DNA from: Octopus sinensis
Taxonomy: Eukaryota
Reading direction: 5' to 3'
Assembly (NCBI RefSeq): GCF_006345805.1
Contig: NW_021834237.1
Location: 6,150-70,149, forward strand
DNA: 64,000 nt
Part shown: positions 49,943 through 62,925 of the stretch, piece after piece
How positions within the stretch are numbered: position 1 is the first letter of the stretch
How the letters are laid out: every line of letters starts with the position of its first letter
Made by a program: the position numbers and the translations under genes
Notes under the pieces: model-generated
Told to the model about the DNA's origin: nothing
Databases searched by the model: none
Seen by the model: the letters and a program-made list of their open reading frames with translations, nothing else

Positions 49943-50519
49943 ATATACATACACATACATACATATATGTGTGTGCCTGTGTATATGCAGCTGTATGTAT
50001 ATGAATTTGTGTATATGTGTAGATACCTACCTACCTACCTACATACATACATACATACATACATACATACATACACATACAACAAGCACAAATACGTAAA
50101 ATCTGTGCAAAATCACACGCCGTTTAAGCACTTTGTAACGCGTTTTGTATTAAATGCAGAAGCCCTTGTGGCAAATAGTGTGAAAGAATTATTATTATGG
50201 CACCTAGATTAAATTACGTAGAAGAAACAAAAGCTGCTCTCATTGACACATGCTCACACATTTCAGAAACACGCGCGTGCGCGCAAATAGAAACACACGC
50301 ACACACACATTGACATGCACTCAGGCACACAAACATCACACGCACACAAACACACACACAATTACAGCTAGACAAGGGCATTACCATATCAAAGCAGCCA
50401 TCAGAAGATATTGCACTGCAAATAAATAAATAAATAAAACGTAAAAAAATAGTCAACAACAACACCATCGACTGCAAAACTATAAATTTAATAGCTCTTA
50501 CAGGCATTAACAAGTATCA

Positions 50520-51760
50520 TTCCCCCATCCACGATCATCAACACACCATCATCACCTCCAGTATTATCATCACCATCTTACTATCATCATTGCCATCACC
50601 AGCAGCAGAAGCAGCAGCAGCACCACCAACACCACCATCGTCATCATTATCATCATTATCATCATTATCATCATCTGTACGTTCTCTTCTTCACTAGAAC
50701 TACCATCAGCGCGAAGATGACAACGACAACGACAACGACGCCGACGACGACAAAGACGACGATAATGACAACAACGTCGTTGACGCGATGACCACCACTA
50801 CCACACCACCACCACCACCAACCACCACTACCACCGACTCAACCAACACCACCACCACCACTACCGACGCCACCACCACCAACCACACCACCACTACCAC
50901 CACCACCACCACCAACCACCACTACCGACGCCACCACCACCACCACCACCACTACCGACCGCCAACCACCACCACACACACGAACACCACCCACCACCAC
51001 CACCACCACCACCCACCACTACCCCACCACACCACCAACACCACCACCACCACCACCACCACCACTACGACGCCACCACCACCAACCACCACCACACTAA
51101 CACCACACTACCGCCGCCACCACCACAACCACCACCACCACCACTACCGCCGCCACCACCACCACCACCACCACTACACCACCACTACGCCGCCACCACA
51201 CCACACCACCACCACCACCACACACTACGCCGCCACCACACACACGACAACACTACCGCGCAACCACCACCACCACCACCACCACTACCACCTCCACTAC
51301 AGCCGCCACCACCAACCACCACCACCACCACCACCCCACCGCCGCCACACCACCACCACCACCACCACACCTCACCAGCATCCGCCCATCATCGCCACCG
51401 CCGGTATTGCCATCGCCGCCGCCGCGGTGGCCGTAACCACCACCACCACCACCTTCACCGTCACCACCTTCACCGCCACCATCACCATCACCACCACCAC
51501 CACCACCACCACCTTCACCGCCACCATCACCGCCACCACCACCACCTTCACCGATACCATCACCACCACCACCACCACCACCACCACCACCTTCACCGCC
51601 ACCTCACCACACCACCACACCACCACCACACCACCCACCACCCCCTACCTTCACCGATACCATCACCACACCACCACCACCACCACCTTCACCGCCACCA
51701 TCACCACCACTACCGCCGCCGCTGCTATCACCACCACCGCCGCCACTATCAGTATCATCG
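50520..51760. repeat. Long degenerate (CCA)n-dominated trinucleotide tract
   Basis: Direct inspection; source of the Thr/His/Pro-rich ORFs. Confidence 0.92.
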
Positions 51761-52171
51761 TCAAAAGCCATCACGAGATAGCCTCTAACACAATCGTTCA
51801 ACCCCGCCAGAAATAGCAGCATCCATGTAATTCACACCCTATCATCTTTTAAAGGCGAAGGACATGGAACAATGTGGTAGTCTAGCGTACGCTCTAAAAA
51901 GAGAAAAGAAAAAAAAAGATGGGGTAGTGGGTAATTTTTCAGCTGAAGATGGGATAGTCATTACCGGAACATTTTTGAACATAAGTCCTTTGGCTCAGCA
52001 CTGTCTGGCGCTAATCTCCAACGTCAATGGCTGTCAATGGGCTAAGCAAGAGCGCTAGAGCCAAACACCACTACCACCGCCTCGACCAGCTCTCCTTCTT
52101 CCTTCTCCCCTCCTCCTCCTCCTCCTCCTCTTCCACGACCCCCCCCCCAGTAACAATTGATCACCAACATA

Positions 52172-52401
52172 TATTTCTTTACTACCCTCAAGGGGCTAAA
52201 CATAGAGGGGACAAACAAGGACAGACAAACGGATTAAGTCGATTACATCAATCCCAGTGCGAAACTGGAACTTTATTTATCTATCTCGAAAGGATGAAAG
52301 GCAAAGTCGACCTCGGCGGAATTTGAACTCACAACGTAACGGCAGACGAAATACCGCGAAGCATTTCGCCGGCGCGCTAACGTTTCTGCCAGCTCGCCGC
52401 C
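52172..52401 (-). mobile_element. SINE family C, full-length, 16-bp TSD attgatcaccaacata
   Basis: TSD at 52156-52171 and 52403-52418. Confidence 0.93.
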
Positions 52402-52634
52402 CATTGATCACCAACATAATAACACCGAGGCAATAAAGGGGCCACTAGGTGGTGGTCGCTGGGTCTTACTAGAAAAGCAGCCAGTTTCTCATTAAACAAT
52501 ATTTGAACATTTTAAAAACGGAAGGACATAAATTGAATAATGTCACGGATGCGTTGTTTAAAAATAAGGTTGGATTGCCATGTCTGGAAATAACTTTGAT
52601 CATTGTTTTACTCAAACAGGATTAACCTGGAACC

Positions 52635-52917
52635 AAACCACCACCACCACCGCCATCAGCAACGGCGGCATCAACATCAACATCATCATCATCATCATCA
52701 CTGCAAGCGCCACCAGAATAACCATTACCATTCCAGTACACTAACTGCCATTATGACTATCACGGTCATCACTATTACCACTTCATTCGTCACCATCGAT
52801 TCCGCCGCCACTACCACGCTGGCCGCCATATTCCTGTAACCACTACCCGAGTGACCGTCACCGTCAGTGTCACCACCAACGCCGCCATTACAATGACCAT
52901 CGCTGCTGCTGCTGCTG

Positions 52918-52972
<55 letters not shown>

Positions 52973-53006
52973 TACTACTACTACAACTACTATTACAACT
53001 ACTACA

Positions 53007-53056
<50 letters not shown>

Positions 53057-53075
53057 AACTACTACTACTACAACA

Positions 53076-53110
<35 letters not shown>

Positions 53111-53510
53111 GTCCGCACAAGTATTTACCATCTGTATCCCTAACATCAACACTACAACCTTAAAAACAGCCACTTCTACTCTCACCACCACCACCACCAC
53201 CACCACTTCCATAACAACCACAATAACAACCACTCCCACTACTAACACGATCCCTGCCGCCACCGCTGCCCCCCGCCGCCGCTGCCACCGCCGCCGCTGC
53301 CACCGCCGCCGCTGCCACCGCCGCCGCTGCCACGCCGCCGCTGCCACCGCCGCTGCTGCCGCCACTGCTACCGACACCAATTCCACGGCTACAACAACAA
53401 CAACAACAACAAAACAATCTCCCCCACCACTATTACAATATCTTGGCTAACATCACCACCTACACTGAAGCCACTACCACCGCAACCATCACCACCACTA
53501 CCGTCTACAA
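52635..53510. repeat. Compound CAT/GCT/CTA/GCC/CAA trinucleotide tract
   Basis: Direct inspection. Confidence 0.9.
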
Positions 53511-54089
53511 TAGCCACCTCCGCCATCTTTATTTACTACACGCGACTCTTCCGCCATATTTAACAGGCTTCGCTCCTCCATCCAGATTCTGTACTCTACT
53601 CTGTGCCCTTATACCACCATCTTCACCCTTCACTTACCCTTACACATCCCTTCTCTCTCTCCCCCTGCTCCTCACTCAACCTACTCCTACTACCTCCCTT
53701 CCCTTCCTCCCCCAGCCTCCTCCTCCTCCTCCTCCCTCCAACAAAGGTTTCAGTAATTAGCTGCCAACTCTTGTGTACTGGAAACGTAACCCTCACCAAA
53801 TAAACCAGCATTCTCAACTTGCTGCATGTTTTATTGATTCCACCATTCTTGCCTCCACACAGTTCGCCCCTTGATTGATAGCCCTTTTGGGCCACCCCAC
53901 CCCCCACCATCTGCCCCACTGTCCCTCTCAGCCCCCTCGCCTCATATGCACTTTCTCCCCTCCCCACATCCCTTCCTTCATAAACACAATCTCTTTCTCA
54001 TCTTTCATTCTCTCATTTTTTCTTTCCTCTTTCCTTTATTCTCTTCCATAGTTCCTTCACTCATTTCTTTGTCTTTAACTTAGCTTTCA

Positions 54090-54590
54090 TTCCTTCTTTC
54101 CTTCCTTCTTTCTTTCTTTCTTTCTTTCTTTCCTTCTTTCTTTCTTTTTTCCTTCTTTCTTTCAAACATTTTTTCTCCTTTTTTCTTTTTTCTTTCTTTC
54201 TTTCTTTCTTTCCTTTTTTTCCTTCTTTCTTTCAAACATTTTTTCTCATTTTTTCTTTTTTCTTTCTTTCTATCTTTTCTTTTTTTCCTTCTTTCTTTCA
54301 AACATTTCTTCTCCTTTTTTCTTTTTTCTTTCTTTCCTTCTTTCTTTCTTTCAAACATTTTTTCTCCTTTTTTCTTTTTTCCTTTCTCTTTCTTTCTCTC
54401 TTTCTTTTTTTCTTTCTTTCTTTCCTTCTTTCTTTCTTTTTTTCCTTCTTTCTTTCAAAGATTTTTTCTCCTTTTTTCTTTCTTTCTTTTTTCTTTCTTT
54501 CTTTCTCTTTCTTTCCTTCCTCCTTTCTTTCAGGCTTCCTTTCAAACGTTTTTTTCTTCTTTTTTCTTTTTTTCCTTGCATTTTTCTTCA
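54090..54590. repeat. Polypyrimidine minisatellite (TTTC-rich, recurring ttcaaacattttttctcc unit)
   Basis: ttcaaac/ttcaaag recurs at ~54161, 54231, 54297, 54350, 54454 and 54541. Confidence 0.85.
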
Positions 54591-54820
54591 ATAAATCATA
54601 CAAGTATCTTATCTCCTTTACTTTTTTCTATTCAGTCTCACAATCGTTCTCTCTCCCTGTCTTCACTCGTTTTCTGTTCCCCCTGTTTCTACAAACTCTT
54701 CCCTTTTTTTCTCTGATGCTAATCCAAGAATCTTGCACCCTGTTCCCTAACGCATTCTTTGAGGTGGTATGATAGAAATCCAGAGCAGGAACCGAGTAAA
54801 ACTTTAGATTCGAATAAATT

Positions 54821-55200
54821 ATGCATGCATGCATGCATATATACATACATACATACATACATACATACATACATACATACATACATACATACATACATGC
54901 ATACATGCATACATACATACACACACACATACATACACACATACATACAGACATACATACATACAACATACTTACATAATTACATATTAGCATGCCATAC
55001 ATACAACATACACACACACATACATACATATATTACATACAGCACATACATACATACACAACATACATACCTACATACATACTTACATACATACATACAT
55101 GCATGCATACATACAGACATAACTACATCAGACATACGTACGTACATACACACACATACATACATACATACACACATACATACATACATACATACAACAC

Positions 55201-55231
<31 letters not shown>

Positions 55232-55377
55232 TACATACATACATATAATACATACATACATTACATACATACACACACATAAAACATACATACATACAAT
55301 ACATACATACATACAACACACATACATACATATATACATACATACATACATACATACATACATAATACATACAACAT
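54821..55377. repeat. (TACA)n microsatellite tract
   Basis: Direct inspection. Confidence 0.95.
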
Positions 55378-55593
55378 AGTCAATTACTGAAAGGTTGCAA
55401 GACACGATGAAATTTTTAGAAAAATAAATAAGAAATGAGTGGAAATTTGTACCGGTGTGTGTGTTAAAGTTTAAGGCACTAAAAGAGAATGACTCTCACC
55501 AGACACAACAGAATATGCTCAAACACACGAACTCACATAAAGAATCTTGTAAACCAAATCCCCAAACGAAAGCATATATACACACACACACAA

Positions 55594-55646
<53 letters not shown>

Positions 55647-55675
55647 AATACATAAATAAATATATACAATATATA

Positions 55676-55910
55676 CTCTTTTACTCTTTTATTTGTTTCA
55701 GTCATTTGACTGCGGCCATGCTGAGCACCGCCTTTAGTCGAGCAAATCGACCCCGGGACTTATTCTTTGTAAGCCCAGTACTAATTCTATCGATCTATTT
55801 GCCGAACCGCTAAGTGACGGGGACGTAAACACACACCAGCATCAGTTGTCAAGCAATGCTAGAGGGACAAACACAGACACACAAGCATATACACACACAT
55901 ACATACAATA
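55676..55910 (-). mobile_element. SINE family A, 3' half
   Basis: Stops at the internal microsatellite, where the next element begins. Confidence 0.9.
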
Positions 55911-55950
55911 CATATATATATATATATATTATATATATATATATATATAT

Positions 55951-56245
55951 AAACTTACTTGGAGGAGATGAACGAAACGAATCGAATCGACGCGAGGGCG
56001 CTCCAGTCATACAATAGTGTAATAATAAAATTATGCATCATTCAGACATGACATATATGTACGTATAACTACATTAAATGTGATATACATGCATATATAA
56101 AATTATATACGTGGTCAGGTTACACCACAAAAAATAGGCCAAGTCAAAACAAACATGGAAAAAGGACCCCTTCATCAGCTGTCCCTAGTCAACTCCAGCG
56201 TGTTTCGAAGGTGAGGACAGAACACGACTCGTCGAAGTAGCCCTT
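55951..56245 (-). mobile_element. Permuted-hammerhead repeat family copy
   Basis: gcgccctcgcgtcgattcgattcg shared with 37690; abuts (TA)n. Confidence 0.8.
56167..56226 (-). ncRNA. Candidate non-circularly permuted hammerhead ribozyme
   Basis: cgtg-TT-ctgtcct-ca-ccttc-GAAA-cacg-(12 nt)-agggacag-CTGATGA-a-gggg. Confidence 0.68.
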
Positions 56246-56248
56246 GTT

Positions 56249-56350
56249 GTTGCAAGTTTTTTCCATATCGGAGTTCGATAAGATGAAAAAAGTTATTTTA
56301 TAGTTTACGGCTAGCCGGTGTTGCTGTGCATGCGAATAAAAATCCTAAAT
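56249..56350. repeat. Dispersed repeat shared with 63038-63139
   Basis: gcaagttttttccatatcggagttcgataag.tgaaaaaagttattttatagttta occurs twice; class unknown. Confidence 0.75.
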
Positions 56351-56575
56351 TAGGGAATGGAGTAGATAAATCCAAGCTACAAATGTTTCATAGCCAGCAG
56401 AACCACAGAAGTACATGTATGTATGTATGTGTTTATATATTGTTTGCACAGTTAGGTATACGATTACAGCTGTATGAACTAGAGCTCCATGTACTTTATC
56501 ATTATCCAGCCAGCCTCCAATAAATTGGTCATTCTACAACTGTACTTTGTTGAGTGTCTAGTTATGATATATGAA

Positions 56576-56810
56576 ATCCAGTTTGCTGGACATTGTTGTA
56601 GAGCTGAAAAAGAGGTAATTTCTACTCTTCTCCTCTGGAAGCCATCTACTCGCAATACCAGAGGGCGCACACTCTCCTACCCTGATGTAATCTCCAGGGA
56701 TACATGCATCCAGCAACAGGACCTCTGTAATGCCATGATGGACCGTGAAGTCTGGCGTAGCATGGTAAATTCCATTATCTCGACCTCGGTCGAACAATGA
56801 TGATGATGAT
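56576..56810 (+). mobile_element. RTE-like LINE 3' fragment, same family as 17137-17622
   Basis: QFAGHCCRAEKEVISTLLLWKP..DREVWR and (GAT)n tail. Confidence 0.9.
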
Positions 56811-57059
56811 ACGTAGGGGAAAATTAAAATAATTCACACTTATGTTTTCCCTAATTTTCCATTATCAATTGTTTCCTGTCAATGTGCTTGCCTTTTCTGG
56901 CTAATATATGTAAATTTATATCGCGACCTTCTCAGTATATCGTGGATTTCTGCGGCCGATAGGTATTTATATTCTTTCAGATTTTAATTATTTCTGTGTG
57001 AAGTTTTGGAACGTAACGCTCTCGATAGTCGAGGGATTACTGTATATATTATATATATA

Positions 57060-57103
<44 letters not shown>

Positions 57104-57635
57104 TGTGTATGTGTGTGTGTGTGTGTGTGTTTTAGAAAATGGAGGTGAACACCTTTTTCCAAGTGATCGGCTGAAAAAGTGTTAAAACACCAGGATATTT
57201 TCCTACTTTTCTTACATGAAACCAATGGTAGCCTTAATTAACAAATAAAGAAATTATATCCACCAATGCCATGTTGAGCACTCATTTTCATCGTTCGACA
57301 GTTACACACACACACACACACACACAAACACACACTCACACACAGATATACGGAAAGAGAGAAAGAGAGAAAGAGAGAGTGAGAGAGACACATACATACG
57401 TATGTATAAAGTACTTACAATAAATACGGAGGATAATACTTCTGCACAGTTTTGCAGCATATTTGATTTGCCTGACGTACGTTTCTGCTGCATAGACATC
57501 TTGCAACTGTATTTGTACCCATTTTCATTCATCTGGTCAAGACTTTATGCAGCTTTATCCAAAGTTTAGCTCCTGTCGTAGTTTGAAGCAGATTGGTATA
57601 TTGGTTTAGCTAGCGTTATATTGGTTTATAAAGTA

Positions 57636-57933
57636 CTAGCAGTATCACCCAGCGTTGCTCGGGTTTGAAGGGAAATAACTATATAAGCATTTTTAGAGAG
57701 TCACTTCCCTTATATCTAGCAAAAAATGCATTAAAAATGGAAAAAATATGATGGTAAATTTTTTTTAATCGTAGACTCATCGTAGACGCGCGCTCTAATA
57801 CCCCAGAAGGGCTCGATATGAATCACGACTATAAGATACCCGGTTTTGGTTAAACTGCACCGCAAAATGTGGGAGTATTTAGGAATCTAAATCGTAGGAG
57901 ACAGACACACAACCTTACTTTTATATATAAAGA
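57636..57933 (-). mobile_element. Non-autonomous Helitron-type element, short full-length form
   Basis: TC start, hairpin and CTAG end on the minus strand. Confidence 0.88.
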
Positions 57934-58214
57934 TATCTCTTCTATTTCTCTATCCACAAATCTCCGATTGTTTACATTTCGACTACACTCTCAAGTTTTC
58001 GTGTTATTCTTTCTCCCGTTTATTATTTATGGTTCAGCTTAATTAGGTATTGTATCTGTTGCTTCCCTTCCACTGCTCGCCTCCATTATGACCTACGTTT
58101 TCTAATCATTGTCTGAAAGTGCTGTGTTCAAACCCCACTCAAATTCACTATTTATCTTTTCAGCACAATGCACATGGTTGTTATTATTATCATCATCATC
58201 GTTATTATTATTAT

Positions 58215-58770
58215 TGAGTGAAAGAGCAGTGACATCAAAGTGTCACTGGGGAACAAATATACGAAGCCCAATATACCTATCATGACTACCTATCTCATAA
58301 GGGTACTCCAAGCACATGCATCACAACCATATGTGCGCGACATGGTGATCTTATATCATGATATACAGCGCATGACCTTGCCGGTAGGGCCCAGTTAGAA
58401 TTTTCTTCTGGTCGAGTAGCCCATCCCGCTCAAAAGGTCCTCGAATAAGGGTTGTTCAAGGATGTTGAACGGAATGCTCATATTTCCAGAGATGAATGAT
58501 TCAAATCCCAAAAGAATTCCTATCAACGCATGGCTACGATGCTCCCCACTACTTCTGCTTGTGACCAGAGATGCACATACTGCCAACCACCAAGGGATAT
58601 GCTCAACTGGTTAAGGCCAAACAACTGACAAGCAAATCTGTGGTATTGAGTTGAAAATTTGCTGTAGCCCACCTTTTATACCAAGACAAAACATGTATAT
58701 GATAATACTTCCAACCAGTTAAGATCAGAAGCCATGAGAGCTAGTGTCTCGTATTGACCAGAGCATCTAT
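58215..58770. mobile_element. ~550-bp (ATT)n-inserted non-coding repeat, copy 1 (most diverged)
   Basis: Aligns with 58811 and 60088; ATT repeats on both sides. Confidence 0.85.
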
Positions 58771-58810
58771 TATTATTGTTGTTGTTGTTATTATTTATAT
58801 TATTATTGTT

Positions 58811-59277
58811 GAGTGAGAGAACAGTTCATGCCATCAAAGTGACACTGGGGTAAAATATACGAAGCCCAATATACCCATCATGACTACTCGTCTGATAAGG
58901 GTATACCAGGCACATGCATCACAACCATATGTGCGCGACATGGTGATCTCATATCAAGTTAAACAACGCATGATCTTGCAGGTGGGGCCCAGTCAGATTT
59001 TCTTCTGGTCGAATAGTCCATCCTGTTTAAATGGTCCCTGAATAAGGGTTGTTTAAGGATGTTGAACGAAACAGCCATGTTTCCAAAGGTGAATTATTCA
59101 AACTCCAAAGAATTCATCTCAACACATTGCTATGATGCTCCCCCACTACTTCTGCTCGTGATTAGAGATGCGCATATCGTCCGCCACAAAGGGACATGCT
59201 CAACTGGTTACGGTCAAACAACTGACAAGCAAATCTGTGGTATTGAGCAGAATATTTGCTGTAGCCCATCTTTTTAT
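58811..59277. mobile_element. ~550-bp (ATT)n-inserted repeat, copy 2, truncated at a SINE
   Basis: Same sequence to gtagcccatctttt, then SINE A tail. Confidence 0.85.
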
Positions 59278-59643
59278 CTCTCTTTACTCTTTTACTCTTT
59301 TACTTGTTTCAGTCATTTGACTGCGGCCATGCTGGAGCACCGCCTTTAGTCGAGCAAATCGACCCGGGACTTATTCTTTGTAAGCCCAGTACTTATCCTA
59401 TCGTCTCTTTTTGCCGAACCGCTAGGGTGACGGGGACGTAAACACACCAGCATTGGTTGTCATCAATGCTAGGGGGAGGGGACAAACACAGACACACAAA
59501 CATACACACACACACATTATATATACATATATACGACGGGCCTTCTTTCAGTTCCGTCTACCAAATCCACTCACAAGGCATTGGTCGGCCCGGGGCTATA
59601 GCAGAAGACACTTGCCCAAGATGCCACGCAGTGGGACTGAACT
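59278..59643 (-). mobile_element. SINE family A, missing the first part of the head
   Basis: Tail through gtgggactgaac. Confidence 0.92.
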
Positions 59644-60087
59644 AAATATTATTATCTTCTTTCAATTTTTTTTCCATTTCTTGCCGAGTGCTCAAAGAAA
59701 CTCACGGTATACATTGGTAGACTATTAGAATAAACACACCAGATTGTTCATTTACAAAGTCATGTGATAAAAAAAAGGGGAAAGAACGAAAGAAAATGAA
59801 AAGAGCAAAAAATAAGAAAATAGGAAAAATTAAAAAAGAAAGTAAAGAAAATAAAGAGGAAAAGGAAAGGATATTCACAGCGGCAATGCTCTTCTCAATA
59901 CGTGTGACATACGAGTTATTATTGTTATTGCTATCATTTTGTTGTTATTGTCATTGTTGTTTTTGTTGTTGTTGTTGTTGTTGTTATATTATTATCATCA
60001 TCATCATCATCATCACATCATACATCATCATTATTATTATTATTATATTATTATTATTATTATTATTATTATTTTATTATTATTATT

Positions 60088-60644
60088 GAAGTGAGATAGA
60101 GCAGTTCATGCCATCAAAGTGACACTGGGGTAAAAATATACGAAGCCCAATATACCATCATGACTACCCGTCTGATAAAGGTACACCAGGCACATGCATC
60201 ACAACCATATGTGGCGCGACATGGTGATCTCATATCAAGATAAACAGCACATGACCTTGCAGGTGGGCCCAGTTAGAATTTTCTTCAGGTCGAGTAGCCC
60301 ATCCCCTCAAACGGTCCCTGAATAAGTTTGTTTAAGGATGTTGAAGAACCACCCCTGTTTCCTCCAGAGTGAAACTATTCAAACCCCAAAGAATCCCTCT
60401 CAACACATGGCTATGATGCTCCCCACTACTTCTGCTCGTGATCAAGATGCACATATCGTCAGCCACTAAGGGACATGCTCAACTGGTTAAGGTCCAACAA
60501 CTGACAAGCAAATCTGTGGTATTGAGCAGAATATTTGCTGTAGCCCATCTTTTATACCAAGACAAAACACTGGACATGATAACACTTCCTAACAGTTAAG
60601 TATCAGAAGCCATGAGAGCCACTGCCTGTACTGCATCAGGGCAT
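60088..60644. mobile_element. ~550-bp (ATT)n-inserted repeat, copy 3
   Basis: gtgagatagagcagttcatgccatcaaagtgacactgggg...ctgcatcagggcat with ATT/ATC repeats on both sides. Confidence 0.88.
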
Positions 60645-60733
60645 TATTATATTATTATTATTATTATATATTATTATTATTATTTTATTATTATTAGTAT
60701 TATTATCATTATCATCATCATCATCATCAATCA

Positions 60734-60764
<31 letters not shown>

Positions 60765-60798
60765 CATCATCATCATCATCATATCATCATCATCATCA

Positions 60799-60830
<32 letters not shown>

Positions 60831-60904
60831 TATTATTATTATTTCATTATTATTATTATTATATATTATTATTATTATATTATTATTATTAGTATTTTTA
60901 TTTT

Positions 60905-61472
60905 TTTTATTTTTATTTTATAGCGTGCTTTCACTTCACTAACCGAGCGCAGCTCTGTGGTGCCTTGGGTATGTGCTGTGATTTGTTGTGATGCTCTGAT
61001 GGTTATTGTATGAAAGTGTTCTGCGTAGGATGTGTGCAGTGCCTAGTAGTGCAATTTTCTGTATGTTATATGTGTTGTAAGTCCTGGTGTTTTTGTTATG
61101 TATTGTGTCTGAATATTTTTTTATCATGCCTAATGCACCTACTATGATAGGAATTGTTTCTGTTTTCAGATTCCACATTCTAGTTACCTCTATTTCCAGG
61201 TCTTTGTATTTTGAGAGTTTTCCTATTTTTCTTTTAGAGACACGTTTTCATCTCCGGTACTGATACATCAATTAGAAAGCATTTTTTTTTCTTCATGTCT
61301 CTGACAACTATATCTGGTCTGTTGGCCTTAATTTCTCTATCTGTGTGTATCGGCATATCCCAGAGTATGGTTCTTTCTCGTTTTCTGTGACCTTTTCTGG
61401 GTGTGGTGCCTATACCTCTTTTTTCTGTTTTGTTATTCCATAATGTTTGCATAGCTTTCCAATGTATGTAAG
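60905..61472 (-). mobile_element. R4/Dong-type LINE 3' fragment in (ATT)n
   Basis: ILWDMPIHTDREIKANRPDIVV..FLIDVSVP, MWNLKTETIPIIVGALG, IQKIALLGTAHILRRTL. Confidence 0.9.
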
Positions 61473-61537
<65 letters not shown>

Positions 61538-61540
<3 letters not shown>

Positions 61541-62015
61541 TCAGTAGTTTTATTTTTATAGTGTGCATTCACTTCACTACCCGAGCGCAGCTCTGTGTGC
61601 CTTGGGTATGTGCTGTGATTTGTTGTGATGCTCTGATGGTTATTGTGTGGAAAGTTGTTCGGCTAGGATGTGTGCAGTGCCTAGTAGTGCAATTTTCGTA
61701 TGTATATGTGTGTTGTAGTCCTGGTGTTTTTGTTATGTATTTGTCTGAATATTTTTTTATCATGCCTAATGCACCTACTATGATAGGAATTGTTTTCTGT
61801 TTTTAGATTCCACATTCTGGTTACCTCTATTTCCAGGTCTTGTATTTTGAAAGTTTCTCTCTCATTTCTTTTAGAGACACGTTGTCATCTGCCGGTATTG
61901 ATACATCAATTAGAAAGCATTTTTTCTTCATGTCTCTGACAACTATATCTGGTCTGTTGCCTTTATTTTCTCTATCTGTGTGTATCAGCATATCCCAGTA
62001 TGGTTGCTTTTCTCA
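61538..62015 (-). mobile_element. Second R4/Dong-type 3' fragment, same family and orientation
   Basis: Near copy of 60905-61472 with a shorter 5' extent; (ATT)n on both sides. Confidence 0.9.
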
Positions 62016-62027
62016 TTATTATTATTA

Positions 62028-62071
<44 letters not shown>

Positions 62072-62090
62072 TATTATCATCATTATATTA

Positions 62091-62139
<49 letters not shown>

Positions 62140-62240
62140 TATTATTATCATTATATTATTATTATTAATATTATTATTATTATTATATTATTATTATTAT
62201 TATTACCTCCTCATCATCATCAGCATCATCATAATTATTA

Positions 62241-62279
<39 letters not shown>

Positions 62280-62304
62280 TTAGTATTATTATTATTATTT
62301 TATT

Positions 62305-62600
62305 GCGGTCTTTTTTGTTAGGCATTCAGATGTTTTCCGAATGTTTATACGCTGCAATATTTTGGGTTAAATTTTTGCTAGTAGAGAATGCTAATCTGAC
62401 AGTGTGCCGACAAGGTTTATATTGTATTTATTGGATTTAGGAAAATGGTTGCCTACAGCGGGCGGAAAATTTTGTAGGATTGTTAGCATCTGTTTTCCTA
62501 CTGAATACAACATTATATCATAAGGCATAAGTATATGTGTTGTGGGGTCGATTTTATCGACAGCAGGGCTCAACTGGAGTTTATTGTATCGATGCTGAAA
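62305..62600 (-). mobile_element. Possible Penelope-like (Neptune-type) C-terminal relic
   Basis: VGNHFPKSNKY resembles the HFPK linker between PLE RT and GIY-YIG; weak. Confidence 0.35.
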
Positions 62601-62649
62601 AGATTTAAGGTGAAGTTGAACTCGACTATTTGAAGCAGAAATGTCACAT

Positions 62650-62925
62650 AAGTATGTATTATCATGTATGTATGTATGTATGTATGTATGTATGTGTATG
62701 TATGTATGTATGTATGTATGTATGTATGTATGTATGTATGTATGCATGCATGTATGTATGTATGTATGTCGTATGTATGTATGTATTGTATGTATGTATG
62801 CATGCATGCATCATGTATGTTGTATGTATGCATGTATGTATGTATGTATGTATGTATGTATTAGGTATGTATGCATGCATGTATGTTTGGTATGTATGTA
62901 TGCATGTGTATGTATGTATGTGTGT
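62650..62925. repeat. (TATG)n microsatellite tract
   Basis: Direct inspection. Confidence 0.95.

Noticed and set aside
50788-51816. 342-aa Thr/His/Pro-rich ORF, longest in the window
   Set aside because: Translation of a degenerate (CCA)n tract that drifts between frames; no domain or evident splice structure.
52851-53450. 199-aa poly-Thr, mucin-like ORF with RRRCH repeats
   Set aside because: Product of CTA/GCC microsatellites; the other frames are equally repetitive.
54759-55379. YIHT/MYVC repeat ORFs, also at 14.8, 27.2 and 62.7 kb
   Set aside because: Translations of (TACA)n.
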